From Sporopachydermia quercuum (Eukaryota): a stretch of DNA of 64,000 bases. The notes under the pieces were generated by a model that saw only the letters and a list, made by a program, of their open reading frames with translations, had not been told where the DNA came from and searched no databases. The DNA lies in the NCBI GenBank assembly GCA_001599295.1, contig BCGN01000002.1, positions 1 to 64,000 on the forward strand. The letters run 5' to 3'. The position numbers were made by a program, and so were the translations under genes. Positions 1 to 12,887 of this stretch are shown piece after piece. Each line of letters starts with the position of its first letter. The stretch's first letter is position 1.

Positions 1-95
1 CCTCCCAACTACCTCCCAACTACCTCCCAACTACCTCCCAACTACCTCCCAACTACCTCCCAACTACCTCCCAACTACCTCCCAACTACCTCCCA
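1..95. repeat. Probable telomeric repeat array, 11-bp unit CCTCCCAACTA (G-strand TAGTTGGGAGG)
   Basis: Eight perfect units plus CCTCCCA starting at base 1. The C-rich strand is on +, as expected at a left chromosome end. Confidence 0.85.
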
Positions 96-168
96 GATAT
101 GAGAATAAGGTAATAATTCCGGAAGTATAGATCCAATATAATTTCCGAAATACTGAAAACTCTTATTC

Positions 169-466
169 TGTTGGGGACAATCCAGAAAGCACTAAGATTG
201 TTTCTCTTCTAATCTTGTGATACAGTTGGGCAGGTGACTGCATGGTCTTTGTTCTCCTTGATGAAATATATATACTGGGATAACTCCCCTCTATTCTATT
301 CTCTATTTAATGGCATGTATCTATATAATATGACTATAGTAGGGTAGTAAGATGGTGGGGCAGTATAATCTACATACTAAAAAGAAATAATTAGAGCTTA
401 TGTAATCATTATGCTCATTTTACAGTTATTATTGTTTACATAATCGTAATTTATTATTCTTAAACA
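169..466. mobile_element. Possible solo-LTR-like insertion present only in the outer arm
   Basis: About 300 bp missing from the inner arm. Starts TGTT, ends AACA, and has a TATA-like CTATATAA at 321. No target-site duplication seen. Confidence 0.3.
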
Positions 467-745
467 TCAGAACAAATTTCTTTCGGAAGGTCACCTTCTC
501 TCTTTCATGATACTCAATTTTCATTCTTCGTGCTTCGTGTTATATGATGATAATGAATCACTAATCACAATCCACGACACCCAAATTGAACGTTGGACAT
601 TGGAGATAATTACCTTATCAGCTTGAAGGTTTCAAATCTGGTCAGATCTCCGGAGGAGAAACTCATACAAACGCTGATATAGTATTCTGAGACTTATCCA
701 GAGCAAATAAACTTAACATGCGAGGAAAAGCTGGAGTGTTGTACA

Positions 746-1719
746 ATGAGACTCACAACTGATGTTATGCAATATGCACCAACATATTTGAATGCAAACA
801 AAGAAAGGGAAATTCAACTTCGAGGCAAGTATTCGGGAACTCGGATGATGCTAACAAACGAATTAGGAAATCTAACCGAAAGCAACTGATTCTAACCTTA
901 ATTCGCTTTTTAGGACGAAAAATTCCCCAGGTTGAAAATTTGGGCGTTAGCCGAGTAAGTATCAACTATTACCTAATTCAACTCCATACTCCTCTGTTTA
1001 TTTCTGTTCTGGCTACTAACTTGGCTAATCAGGATATGAATGAGTCGATTGATTTGTCCGATAACGATATCCGAACTTTAGGCAACTTTCCTAAACTAGT
1101 AAAACTACGAACTCTGCTGCTATCTCGAAACCGAATTCAATCAATAGAAGAAAAGTCTTTCAATAGAAAATCACTACCTAATCTGACCATGCTAGTTTTG
1201 GCAAATAACGGAATAGAAAATCTATGGGATTTGAATCCGTTCCGAAGCTTCAGTAGTATTAATGCCGAAGTTCAACCGGACACCGATGAGCCGACAATCG
1301 ATTTGTCTGAAATATCAGAAGCTCTACCGGAAATGCGTACATCCGGATCGCTTGCTTTTCTATCTTTGGTGAACAATCCTGTAACATATAAAGAAAATTA
1401 TCGATTATGGGTTGTGTGGCTTATTCCATGTTTGCGAGTTTTGGATTTCGATCGGGTGACTGATTCGGAACGGAAACAAGCCTTTGAACTGTTTGGAACG
1501 ATATCAGAACTTACCCCGGCTGCAGCGGAACTATTAGGAGTGAAGTCTAGTAGGTTTAACGCCGGTAAATATGCCAAAATCTCGGGATCGGGACTAGATT
1601 CCGAAGTCTCGGCACGGAATCTTTCCGCAGAAGAGAAGGAACGATTATTGAAAGAGCTAGATGCAGCAACGACATTGGAAGAGGTTTCTCGGATCGAGGG
1701 GTTATTGCGGCGCCACTGA
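746..1719 (+). CDS. LEA1: U2 snRNP A' protein (LRR). Exons 746-824, 914-954, 1033-1719
   Basis: Spliced product reads MRLTTDVMQYAPTYLNANKEREIQLRG-RKIPQVENLG...IDLSDNDIRTLGNFPKLVKLRTLLLSRNRI...NPVTYKENYRLWVVWLIPCLRVLDF, typical of U2A'. Intron 1 is GCAAGT..TCTAAC..TAG and intron 2 is GTAAGT..TACTAAC..CAG. Confidence 0.9.
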
Positions 1720-1941
1720 GAGAACAGCTTTTGTTTATCTTTTGATAAGATATTAAAGTTATTTAAGTAGAAGACTTAGTGCTAATGTATTATAATATAC
1801 TTATTATGGTCCACAGGTACGATTATGCAAGAAGTATCAACCGGGGATGAAGTATTAAGTCCACGCTAGGTTGAAAGATTTAACTGCTTTATTTAGTATA
1901 TACAGTCCAGGAAAGTGAACGATGTGTGAATGCTCGAAGTT

Positions 1942-4900
1942 TCAGGACATTTCTTCCATCCTGTTATCCCCTTTCCCAGATTCATTACGGCTTTGATCAG
2001 CCAATCGAGTTGACTTCTCCGTTTGTGTTTCCAATTTAACTGCAATTTTCAGTAAAATTTCTTCCGAGGCTTTTTCCAAAATGGGTTCTTGTATATTGTC
2101 CGTTGTCAATTCCTCATTTCCTGCATTCAAGTTTCTTAACACCTTTTCCGCTATAATCTCTGGTTTTATCCCTAGCAGATCAATTTTCCCCCCAGTCATT
2201 TTCTCCTTTTTCAATCTGCGATTTCCGCTGTGGTTTCTGGAGGTCAGCTTCTCCGATTCCAAAACATTCCTTCTCAATCGTTGATAATCTTCATACCGTT
2301 TCATACATCCGGTTTTCTCCAGCTTTGCCATTTTATACTTTGAGCAGTACAAATCCAAGACGGTTTCTTCCGAACCGAAAACTTTATCCGCAATGGAGTA
2401 ATACGGAAGTTCGGAAACGTCGTGTCGAGGGCACACTATCACCGGTCTAGGTATTCCTTCTGTATTTGGCCCAATCTTTATTCCATTATTTCCACTATTC
2501 TCACCTGAATTTACTGATTCCGGAGACTTTATCTCAAACCCAAAGAAGAATCGTTTCCGAAATGCACATCCAACATGAATGGGGATGTCACAAAGACGGC
2601 ATCGCGTACAAGCTCCATTATTTGTCCGACAGATCGTGCAAGTGGTTTCCAAAGCCGAGATGGGAATCTCGGATATACCTTCAACTGGCTGCCGATAAAT
2701 AGCATCTCCGAATTTACACTTATCTAGAAATACAGAACACATCACGTGCGCCCAGTTATTGGCTGCAGTCCGTTTCAAAGCATCCGGCTCGGCCGAATCG
2801 AGTCCTGTGATTGCAGCGTCATGGTCCGTTTCTCTTACTGGACATAACACACATGCATAAATAGTGGAGACTTTTGGATTTGAGTCATTACTACAAACAT
2901 CACAAAGCCATTTGGCCGACTCAAGATTTGTTCCCAACTCCGGTATTCCGTAGCATGTCTTATGAACATTAAGTCCACATGAACAACATATAGCCATATT
3001 GTCCGAAGGAGTCAGACTATGGCAAACGGAACAAACACGTGCATTGGTACTGAACGGAGTTTTGAAAGGTATCCCGATGTCCTGATCGGAAGGATTTCTA
3101 GCAGATGCTCTTTCTAATTGCAAGACCCGAGAAGTGGAGATGTTTAAATGTTTTGGACGACTACCGGAAGCAGCAGCAGCAGCAGCGGCGGCGGCGGCAA
3201 TGGTCGCTGCTGGAGCCACAGCGGAAGCATCTAGAGACCGTTTTTTCCGCTTTCTTTGTTGTTTAGTCCCGGAGGTGGTTCTGATTTCCGGCCTGGGAGA
3301 TGCAATATCGGAAATAATATCGGATCCAGAATTAGGTTGAGTATTTTCCCTATATGGATGTTTTAACTTTTCCGTTTCGATGAGTTCTCGTGGTTTTAGT
3401 GTGACATTTAAGGTTTCCTCCGGCTGTGGTTCTTTTTGTTTTCGTTTTTTAGCTTCATCGAGTTTCACTGTAGTAGAAATCGTGGATTTATTCCGAAAGT
3501 TAGGCATCTTTTCTGATTTCGATGTGTTTGTGATCTTCTCCGGTATTCTACTTGCACTACTTTTAGATTTGGCAGATAGCTTCCGCTTTTTCCGTAATCT
3601 TTTCCGTTGAATTCGTTCGTTACCGAAACACTCCTCATAGCTATAATTAGCAATAGGGGAAGTAACTTCAACGCCATAGTTGCGCGCTTCCATTACCTTC
3701 TTCGCATCCGAAATCAACTCCTCTTCCATTCGACGTTTCCATCCTCCCCCTCCTCGTTGGCTCAACTTCCGAAGTACTTCCGGTGGCTCCTCCCAAGTTA
3801 CAGCATATAATCTCCATAGACGAGCGCATCGGAAGCAAAGTGCCGTTATTTCTTTCATTCCGGCTTCAGCCACAGCATGTCCAGGAGCTCGTTTCCATAA
3901 AATTGAGTTTGTGGTTCGACAGAATTTACATTTGAATGTTCTTTTCTGCATCCGAGCTTTCCGAACATCGTATCCCGAATCGTCTTCTGAAGATGCCACA
4001 TTGTCCGCATAGTTTCCGTCTTCAATCTCCGTGCCGATATGTTTTCCGACTGCGCTTCCGCTTCCCATTCCACTTCCGGCATCTTTTGGCTTCCACTTCT
4101 GTTTCCGGCCTTCGAAATTGTCCCAAATTGCGTGTCCAGAAGGTGTTTTCTTCCATAAATAGTAAAATCGGACAATCATAGCACTTGGCTGCGTTTTCAC
4201 ATGCTGATAAACCGGATGCAGTTCCGATCCATACAAACGAACTCCTTCTTCAAACCGAGCAATTTCGGCTTCCGAAAAAGTCGGCTCTTTCAAGGTTTTC
4301 CGGGTAAAAGTGGGTACAATTTTCAATGCTTTTGGCACACTATAGTTACAGTTCAATAAGGCTTGGAGACAAGCATCTGTAAAATTTGGTGTATCCGGAC
4401 GGAGAAGTAATTTCTCGGCATATATTCCGGCCTTCGTTAAGTATGCCGCAACCTCAATATCGGAAATAATCTCGGAACTTTCAGCTGGTTTCCATATCAA
4501 ACTCACAGTGTCTTCGCCGCCTCTTTCAACGTATCCGGGAGGCACTTCTTGATACCATGGAAGCGGCATTCCTCCTGGATCCCTTCCGATTTCTTCAGAG
4601 GAAATTACATGTCGGTATTCCGATATCTCCCGCTTCCATTCTGCTTCCGCCTCCAGTGCTTTCTTGCTCTTTCGATTTCTCTTATTCTTAACCTTATTCC
4701 CATTATCCTCTCCCTTAGGGACATAATAAATAACTGGCTTGTCATGCCAATTAGGAATAGCTGCTTCCGAAACTTGATGCCGAGATCCGAGCCGAGATGC
4801 CGCTCGAGCGTTCAACCGATCGTCAACGTCTAACAGGTCTTCTAATTTTGCATGTATTCCCATATAGCGAAAGGGCCACATTTTAAGATGGTGCCATTGA

Positions 4901-7351
4901 AGCGGGGTATAAGTTTTGTGGATTTTTTCTCGGAAGAGCCGTGAAAGTTCTACATACCGGGGTAAATTCTTTGGTGAGGTAATTTCAGGTGTGCTTTCTG
5001 GAGTCGTTTCTATGTTGAGGTATTGTTCCTTTACTGTTTCCTGTTTAACTTCAACTTCTGATTCCAACTGCAGATCAGTTTCTGGTATTTTTCCCGCTTC
5101 CGCTTTTGCTTCCGCCTCTGCTTCAGCAGCAACCTCCCATAACCTATTACTAGTGAGACCGCGATTGGCCCGAAGTTTCAACTCTAACTCTCGGCTGCAT
5201 CCCGCACATGACCATCCAAAACCCCGGGTGGGTTTGCGGTACAAAGGCGGATCCACACACCCCATATGGAAATCCTTTCGACAATGGGCACACTCAACGG
5301 AATCAAAAGGAGAACACCAATGCCCACACTCCGAGCAGTTTCGCGGCGGTTCACAATACTCTTTCCCTTTGCCAATTTCGAAAAATAAAAAGCGGAAACG
5401 GTCTTGAAGCAATTGAAAGTACTCAGGTGGAAGATTTATAATCTTTTCTGATGGGATCATGTCGTAAAACTTTATCATATAGCGGTCGAAAAGTTTATCG
5501 AACCAGAAATGATCCGGGTTTCTCCGGTACTCGGTCATATTCGGGATGTGATCTTTGTGGTTCACAAAACATCTGCCTCGGAAGGAAGTTATGGGACAAA
5601 TGTCAGAATGCATTGATGCAAAAATAAGTCGAGAATCGGCAGAATGACGGGAAATATCCCTTGGCCGGTAGTACCAGTTCATCCGAACCATGAACTTTTC
5701 AGCAGGGTGTTCAGGCCGAGATTTCAGGTACGACAAACTATCTGAGAGGTATGCGGGGTAAGCAGGATCGTCAGAAGTGGAAATATACTTGTGCTGGTTA
5801 TCTTTCGCTAAGGATTTTGGCACAAATTCCATAATTCTACCAATATAATAAGGCTCGCACGGAGGTTCCGAAACCATGTATATGTGATCTAAAACGAGTC
5901 TTTGTGTTAGAAATTTGAGGAAGAAAAGAGGGTAAAAGAAAGGGATTAAGTGGGAAGGACTTTGAAGGCGTGAAAAGTCAAGTTGTAGTAAAAATCACGC
6001 ATAGCTCTATACAAACATACACAAACCCCATACAAAGCATGCATTATATTGCCTGCACGAGCATAAAGGTGCGTGGAATCAAACTTACAAGATCTCATTT
6101 CACGCCCAAACATTGAAATAAGTGAAACAAGATTAATTTGGACACGAAGATTCCATTCCAAAACTTAACACAACTGCCCTAAATATCATAAACGCAATTA
6201 TTAGGGACAAACAAATTCTGTGATAACAGATGTATCAAGCGAGGAATAAAATCCAGAGAAATTCAGACAACTTCTGTAAAACCAATAAGATCCTATCAAT
6301 TAGCATTTGCTCGGGTGGAGATATATTTTTTGATTCACGCAGCTATTCATCCTGAAATTGTAAATAGCATATATCAAATAGCATATAGCACGTTGTAGAG
6401 ATCTTAGATAAGAGGTTATTCAAAGAAGGCTAGAATTAGCAATTGGATTGGATGATATTATTTGTACTATCAAAGTTCTGAAGGAAGAGCAGATGAGACC
6501 TTAAAACTATAGGCTTTCCAGTCTGTTCATAGTACATATCAGATGGTTCAGTTACTATGAGTTGAATGTGAATTGGCTGGCAATTTATGAGCAAAGATTA
6601 ACAGCTACTTCCATAATATAAATTTGCTGTGGCCTTTGATCTGGATATTCCACACCACCATCATTTTTTCTTCTTTTCTTCCTTCTTTCTTTCGCATCTT
6701 ATAACAATCACCATCCGTATCTCATTATTTGATCTCCATTCTAAATTTATCTCACCCCCGCAGTTAACTTCCTACAATAATCCCCAGAAATGTATACATA
6801 CCATTTGGTGCTAATGTCGAACCATCAGCTAGATATAAAATGCCATCTGAACGAACGACGGTATATTCCAAATCTAAGAGGAAGGAAAAAAAAGCCTCTT
6901 TACTTGGTTTCGGTTGCCAATTCCAAGGAACAAGTTCCTTTGAAGTGGTATTAGAAGTGGACACTGCAATTTGATCCGAAGAAGCCGAGAGAATGGGAGG
7001 GTCAGTAGAACCAGAACTATAGGCAGAACCGGTAATAGAAGTACACTGGTTCGATGCCGAATTTCCAGCTGACGAGATACCTGGGGAATTTTTCTTGGAG
7101 TCCAATTTCCTCCCTTGTTTTCTTTTACTTCCGTCGTTGGTGTTACTACCATTTGCAGAACTGTTCCGAGATCTACCACTCGATTCAGAACTAATCTCAA
7201 TTTCTATGGGCTTGACGGCTGAGTTAATATCATCAGAGTACTCAACCTTTTTACTAGTTGTCCTCCGAGGCCGTGTTGATGATGCTGTAATGCTCGCCAT
7301 TATGATATCGTTGACATTTATACCTTCAACAGCCAGTGCGCTTAACTTCAT
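1942..7351 (-). CDS. SNT2: Snt2-like chromatin protein / E3 ligase (BAH, PHD, ELM2-SANT, GATA-like zinc finger, PHD, extended PHD). Exons 7351-6802 and 5888-1942
   Basis: Motifs DHIYMVSEPPCEPYYIGRIMEF (BAH), CAHCRKDFHMGCVDPPL (PHD), FEEGVRLYGSELH..IVRFYYLWKKT (SANT) and WAHVMCSVF (extended PHD). The 913-nt intron GTATGT(6801)..TCTAAC..TAG(5889) joins the 6764-7351 and 1942-5877 ORFs in frame. The exact start codon is uncertain. Confidence 0.9.
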
Positions 7352-8771
7352 GAACGTCGAAAATGTTACTAAGACCTATCGAATATCAACAGAAAATATT
7401 GCCTCTATAAGAAAGAGAAAAGTAAAAGGATTCGTAGTAAGTAAAAGTAATATTCCTAGTAGAACTGATCTTCTCTTTCAATCCTCTATTCCTGCTGGGC
7501 CATAGGTAAAACTTGAGTTAGCCATAGGACAGGAACGAAGACGAATTGAGCATAGAAAATTTTAACAAACAAAAATAAGAAAGAACGTAAAAATTAATGA
7601 AATAGAAATGTTAAGGTTATGCTTTTCTATTGATGGTAAAAAAAAGGAAACTAGGAGAGTTCTGCGGAGAATGATGGAGAGGAGGAAGAATAAAACAAAG
7701 GCTGTGAAGAATGTTAGGTTGACAGAAGTTTCATGCAAGCTTGATGCAGAAGTATGTATGGTAGGTTTTTGTTAGGTATGATTTTTTTCTATGAGACGGC
7801 CATAGTAAGGGAAGGAGTTCGGAAGGTGGAAAGGAAAGGGAAAATCATCAGAAGAAAGAGAAGTAGGAGAAGGACCGAGCAAAGGGCTGGTGGTTGGTAA
7901 ATGAAGGTTGATTTTGAAAATGGTAAAACTAAGGTCGAAGGCCAAAGGCTTTCTAGTTAGATTTTTTCATTTTAACTACTTTACCTAATAATAAGCGACA
8001 ATTTTTAAATTGTTTGAAATCGGTTTACAGATGATAGGAGATATTTGAATTTTATTTTACGCAAGAAACTTGCATTTTCTTTACGCTATTGGGCCTCTCT
8101 ACAATGAAAGCTTAATTAGTGTATTTCCTCCATTTATTTGCTTTGATGTAATGCCAATTTTTAGTTACTTACTATTCTCTTGATGTATTTTCTTTACTTC
8201 TATCTAAGAAGATTATGAATTCTTTATTTTTTTTGTTACTATCATCGTAAACAATAGGACAGTGAAATGACAAATGATAAAAGCGAAATGCTCTTGTAGA
8301 ACAATTCTCAACATCAATAACTCATTGTAGGAAGTTATGTTACATATCATAATATTGAACTATTTAGATATTGTTTAAATTCTCTTATTTATCGCATTTT
8401 ATAGTTTTAAATTATCTTCCAATCAGTTATCTAATGTTTCTGAAGCTATAATACATGATATTGGACACATTTACTTCCAACTTTAGAAGAACTTGACATG
8501 TAACCATTGTTTGCGCGGAGGTGTTAGTGTGTTCTCTAATCACTTGTTATTTCTGTTCTTGCTCTACCGTGAAAAATAATCTTCGAGGTGCAACTCATAC
8601 ACATAATTGAAATGGCACCTTTATACTTTTTGGATTAATTGATATAAACCAACTTGACACTATAAATTACAGTTGACATCAAACTAAATTAAAAATCAGA
8701 AATTAACCGGATTTTGAACTCAATGCTACCTCAAAGATTGAACTGGAAGAGAAAAGCAAAATTGATATAAA

Positions 8772-9815
8772 ATGATTGTCGCCAGAACACCTTTTCGTCG
8801 TGGTATCGTTTTGACAGCAGTGTTACTTCTCTTTTTGCTGGGTCTAATGTTTACAGGACAACCTTCAATTCTGGTTACAAATAGTAGTGAAGATGTTGAA
8901 CCAGTAGAAATAGTTCCTGAGCCCTCCGAAGGTCCTCGAAAGTATGCATACGCGACATTTTTATCTCATTATACCAAACCTGGGAAAGAAAATGCCCCGG
9001 ATGACAATAACATGTATTATTTGGCAACACGTGTCTTGGGATGGCAGCTGCTTTATGATAAAGACGTGATGACTAAGAAGGGTTATGATTTTGTAGTGAT
9101 AGTCACGAAGGAAGTTCCCAAATCAATGACGGATCAAATGAAAAAGGAAGGTTTGGTTGTGATACCGGTAGAATATCTCACTGCTTCATGGGTTAAAGCA
9201 GGTGATGAGAGATGGAATGCTGTGCTAACCAAATTGAGACTATTTGAGTTGACGCAATATGAGAAAATCCTGTTTATTGATTCGGATTCGTTGATTTTGA
9301 AGAATATTGATGGTGTTTTTCAAGATCATGGAGCTCGGATCATAAAAACCAAGAGTAATCGAAAGGCAATCAAGAAAGACGAAGCACCTTTACCAAGAGA
9401 GTATGTTTTTGGTGGCATCTCTGATGCAGTGAGTAAGGATCATACTTTCCCTCCTACTCCTTTACATTACTTCAATGCTGGGTTCTTTGTCTTGAAGCCT
9501 TCCCAAGAAGCTTTCGACTATTACTATTCAGTTCTTCAAATCCAAGACCGTTTTGATTCCAATTTACCTGAACAAAACTTATTGAATTACGCTCATAGGA
9601 AAGACGGAAATATGCCTGCTCAAAGATTGAACCAAAAATGGAATGTTAATTTTCCCGTTATGCGAGATGTTGAGATGGGTGTCGCGACTATTCATGACAA
9701 GTTTTGGGAAGGTCAAAGGCAATGGGAACCTATTGAAGAACCTTTAGAACGGTTATGGTGGCAGAAGAGATGGCAAATGGATGGCTATTACAAGGCTTTA
9801 GGTATCATAGAATAA
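8772..9815 (+). CDS. Glycosyltransferase family 8, type II membrane protein
   Basis: N-terminal TM helix, then YAYATFL, TKLRLFELTQYEKILFIDSD (DxD), YFNAGFFVLKPS and EQNLLNY, which are glycogenin-fold GT8 motifs. Confidence 0.88.
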   Translation: MIVARTPFRRGIVLTAVLLLFLLGLMFTGQPSILVTNSSEDVEPVEIVPEPSEGPRKYAYATFLSHYTKPGKENAPDDNNMYYLATRVLGWQLLYDKDVMTKKGYDFVVIVTKEVPKSMTDQMKKEGLVVIPVEYLTASWVKAGDERWNAVLTKLRLFELTQYEKILFIDSDSLILKNIDGVFQDHGARIIKTKSNRKAIKKDEAPLPREYVFGGISDAVSKDHTFPPTPLHYFNAGFFVLKPSQEAFDYYYSVLQIQDRFDSNLPEQNLLNYAHRKDGNMPAQRLNQKWNVNFPVMRDVEMGVATIHDKFWEGQRQWEPIEEPLERLWWQKRWQMDGYYKALGIIE

Positions 9816-10351
9816 TTTTAGCTTCAAACCAGGTAAGTCTGCCATTATATCTTGTGTTGCTGAGAACAACTATCAGAAAACGAAATAGAACCTATTTTTT
9901 TTTATCAAAGTCTATGATCTGTAATCTGTGGTCACCCCTCAAAGAATAGTTTATCATCAGAATAATCAATTTTTTGTGGTGGTATATTATACACTATTCC
10001 CATTAGTTGAGGTCGAACTTTACTTTCCATTCTCCTTATTACCGCACCCTTAAATTTGTGAAGTCATGTTTACCGCAGTATTGTGATCTAGGCCTAGTGA
10101 TTTGCAAGCATGTTGTCATTTTCAAACTATCATTGTTACTGGTAATTGAAAAGACAAGGTAATCTACAACTTTTGAACAATTACCGAACCGAAAGTGGAT
10201 GATTATCTCGAACAGAAGACATCTTATATCATACATACATATGGTAATGAAAATCAAATATATGAAGGTTCTCTATTTCCTTATTTCAACAATATGCCCT
10301 ACTATACTATTGTCCGCCTGCAATGTTGTGAATTCAATATATTTACAGCTT

Positions 10352-11823
10352 TCACGCCAACTCATAGGCCTCTTCTTTTTCTTCGTCTGGACGAGTAACA
10401 AAATGAGCGAATTTTCTAGTCAATTCTGCACAGAAAGGGTCAACATAATTCATCCAGAGATTTGCCACCCCGTATGTAACAGGGAAGAAGACTAAAAGAC
10501 TCAAAAAAAAGTATTTGTGTCCTCTGTAAGCTAGTGTCCCTGGGACCGTTTCTCCTTTATCATTCAAGGTTGATGGAACGAAAATGCCAAAAATCATCCA
10601 AGTAAGAATAGTTTTCATAGTAATAGAATGTAATAAATACACAGCGAATGATTGTCTTCCCAGCCATAAAAAGAATTTGTTCGACAAAACATCTCTTGCT
10701 GAAGAGGACAAATGAATGCTTAAAGCCATGAGGCATAAGCAAAATGTGGTTGCATACCTGGACAGTTCACAGCCTCTAGGAGTTATTTTCATGAGGAGTG
10801 TACTCAAGTCATGAGACCAGGGAATGGAGTCAATTTTTGCATCAGGCAAAGATCCCACCCATAATGCTAAAATGAAGAGCAAAGGAGATAGGATTCTGCA
10901 TAGAACTTTGTGATGAGATATAAATTCTTCTGCCGGCGGATAATTTTGAACATTACAAAGGAAAACACCAAAAAAAGTTGGCATTTGTACTGCGGCTATG
11001 ACTCGATGTTAGATTTGAACTAGGTTTCACAAAGGAAAGTGGAAATAATAAAAATCCAAAAAAAAAAAAGATAGAAACAAAACTTACCTTCATAACTTGA
11101 CCAAAAGTAAATGAATGCCAAAAAAGCAAATATTGTACGATTTCTCGGAGAGAATTTCACTGTCATGAAGGCAAATATGAATACATGCATAGCACCTTTA
11201 CAAAGAGGGAACAACGTCCATTGAAAAAAATCGTAGTAGTTATACGATTTACTCCATGTATGAACCAAATTCTCAATAAGACTGTAAAAAGTCGAAAAGA
11301 CGTCGTTCTTGGCCAGTGGTACAAATCTTCTCAACCAATCGCTACTGACATGAGAGGCAGGATAGAACAACCCTATATTTGTAAAAAGCCACATAATGAT
11401 AGTGACAATGATAGTAGGAAGTACTAAACGAGGTATTCTCCTCAAAGCGGAATCGGCAATCACTCTATATGCTTGATCATACTCGCCCGCGTTGCTTAGT
11501 TTTGTTGGTTTTAGCACGCAAACATATCCCGTGACGAACCCAAAGATAGCTACACCTAATCTGCCTTGGAGGAACACTCTGATAAATGGATACTGTAATA
11601 TCCTTGGAGGGATGCCTTCTTCATCACTAGGAAAGAATATTTTTTCATCAGCAACATGTGTTATATGAGTAATAACCACGCTGATTGATGCCAATCCACG
11701 TAATCCCTGGGATATCAAACAGTTAATATTAATCAGTACATCTCTCATTCCCTTCTATTCCATCGCTCCCAATTCCTCAAAACTTACATCAATCCATTTT
11801 ACGTTTCTTTTCAGAACCGACAT
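10352..11823 (-). CDS. Acyltransferase-3 family membrane O-acyltransferase. Exons 11823-11788, 11706-11088, 10995-10352
   Basis: Spliced N-terminus WID-GLRGLASISVVITH, GVAIFGFVTGYV, RRIPRL and WLGRQSFAVYLLH. Two GTAAGT..AG introns restore one reading frame. Confidence 0.88.
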
Positions 11824-12147
11824 AGTAAACTACAAAACAACGATTAACTTATTCTGCGTTAGTTGTCCTTCATGAACTCTGGTCTCCTGAACACCCAATA
11901 TCGAATCTAAATCCTTTGAACAAAAATAAGTGAGGTATTATGCCCAACCCAAAATAGTGAAGTACTTTACTATGTGCTATTTAATGAGATTGTTGAGCAA
12001 TGATCGATTATTAGTTTATTTGAATAGGTTGTACATCAGCTCAACTAATGCAGGGAAAATAACACAAATCAGAAGAGTAAAAGAACGCGTGTCCAGAATT
12101 AAACAGTCATATCATTAATGTAATACATAATTCCAACTTTAATAAGA

Positions 12148-12624
12148 TGTAATACGGAAGAGGTATTGTCCCTAATAATTCTAAGTTTTTTAAGTAGTTA
12201 TGTATATAGATTATATCCTGTAAGCCTTACTTTTTATATTAGTCTTCTTAGCTATGTAAAATGTAGAAGGGTACTTTCTTACTTTCTTACCGTTCACAGC
12301 TACTTCTAGTTAAAAACTCCCTTATTTGTGTCATTAAGATTTATAGGATACTGTAGATCTTCCTCTCACCAAGAAACTATTTTCGTAGTATTATCTTCTT
12401 TTTTTCTAGTTTTGGAATAACAACCATATAATCTAGTACATTCGAGTATTTTTCTTATCATTTAGACTTTACAACTTCTTACGCACGTAGGTTAAACCTT
12501 AACCTAATATTGTACATAATAACTGATCACATAATCATAATTATATGCCACTTCATGCAACATCCTGTTCTCTTTACATAAATATGAACTTGAAATATTA
12601 TGAATAAAGTTCGCGATTGTTACA
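12148..12624 (+). mobile_element. Solo LTR, older and more diverged member of the family at 19937, 22527 and 36499
   Basis: Starts TGTAATACGG, ends GATTGTTACA, and is collinear with the other copies. No clean target-site duplication (TAAGA / ATAGG). Confidence 0.8.
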
Positions 12625-12831
12625 ATAGGTGCAAATACATGCATATTGAAAAAAATAAACTTACCTTTAACGAGTCTTAGAACTCCAGTTAGTATTCATA
12701 TATTGAGCCATTAGCGACATTGCATTACGGATGAATCAATATCATTGTTTACATTGGATTGCGAAATAGACCATGGTCAACACCAACCAAATATCATAAC
12801 TGGGAGTCTCAAGGTAATAGTCCAAAACGGG

Positions 12832-12887
12832 TATGAATCATGCAAGGCCCATGCAAGTTAACTTGCATGGGCCTTGCATGATTCATA
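12832..12887. repeat. Perfect 56-bp palindrome with no spacer
   Basis: TATGAATCATGCAAGGCCCATGCAAGTT followed directly by its exact reverse complement. Confidence 0.97.

Larger units (their letters stand above)
96..8500. repeat. Outer arm of a ~8 kb diverged inverted segmental duplication (partner about 43000-50975)
   Basis: LEA1, SNT2, their introns and flanking non-coding DNA align to the reverse complement of 43000-50975, e.g. 98-130 with 50941-50973 and 8041-8130 with 43290-43380. The inner boundary is approximate. Confidence 0.92.

Noticed and set aside
1..95. CRISPR-like array (also considered for 38582-38650)
   Set aside because: Contiguous tandem units with no spacers, in a eukaryotic context.
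2081..5441. Antisense and alternate-frame ORFs over SNT2 (and similar ones over ITC1 and the glycosyltransferase genes)
   Set aside because: Shadow ORFs with no recognisable motifs. Their recurrence in the second arm follows from the duplication.
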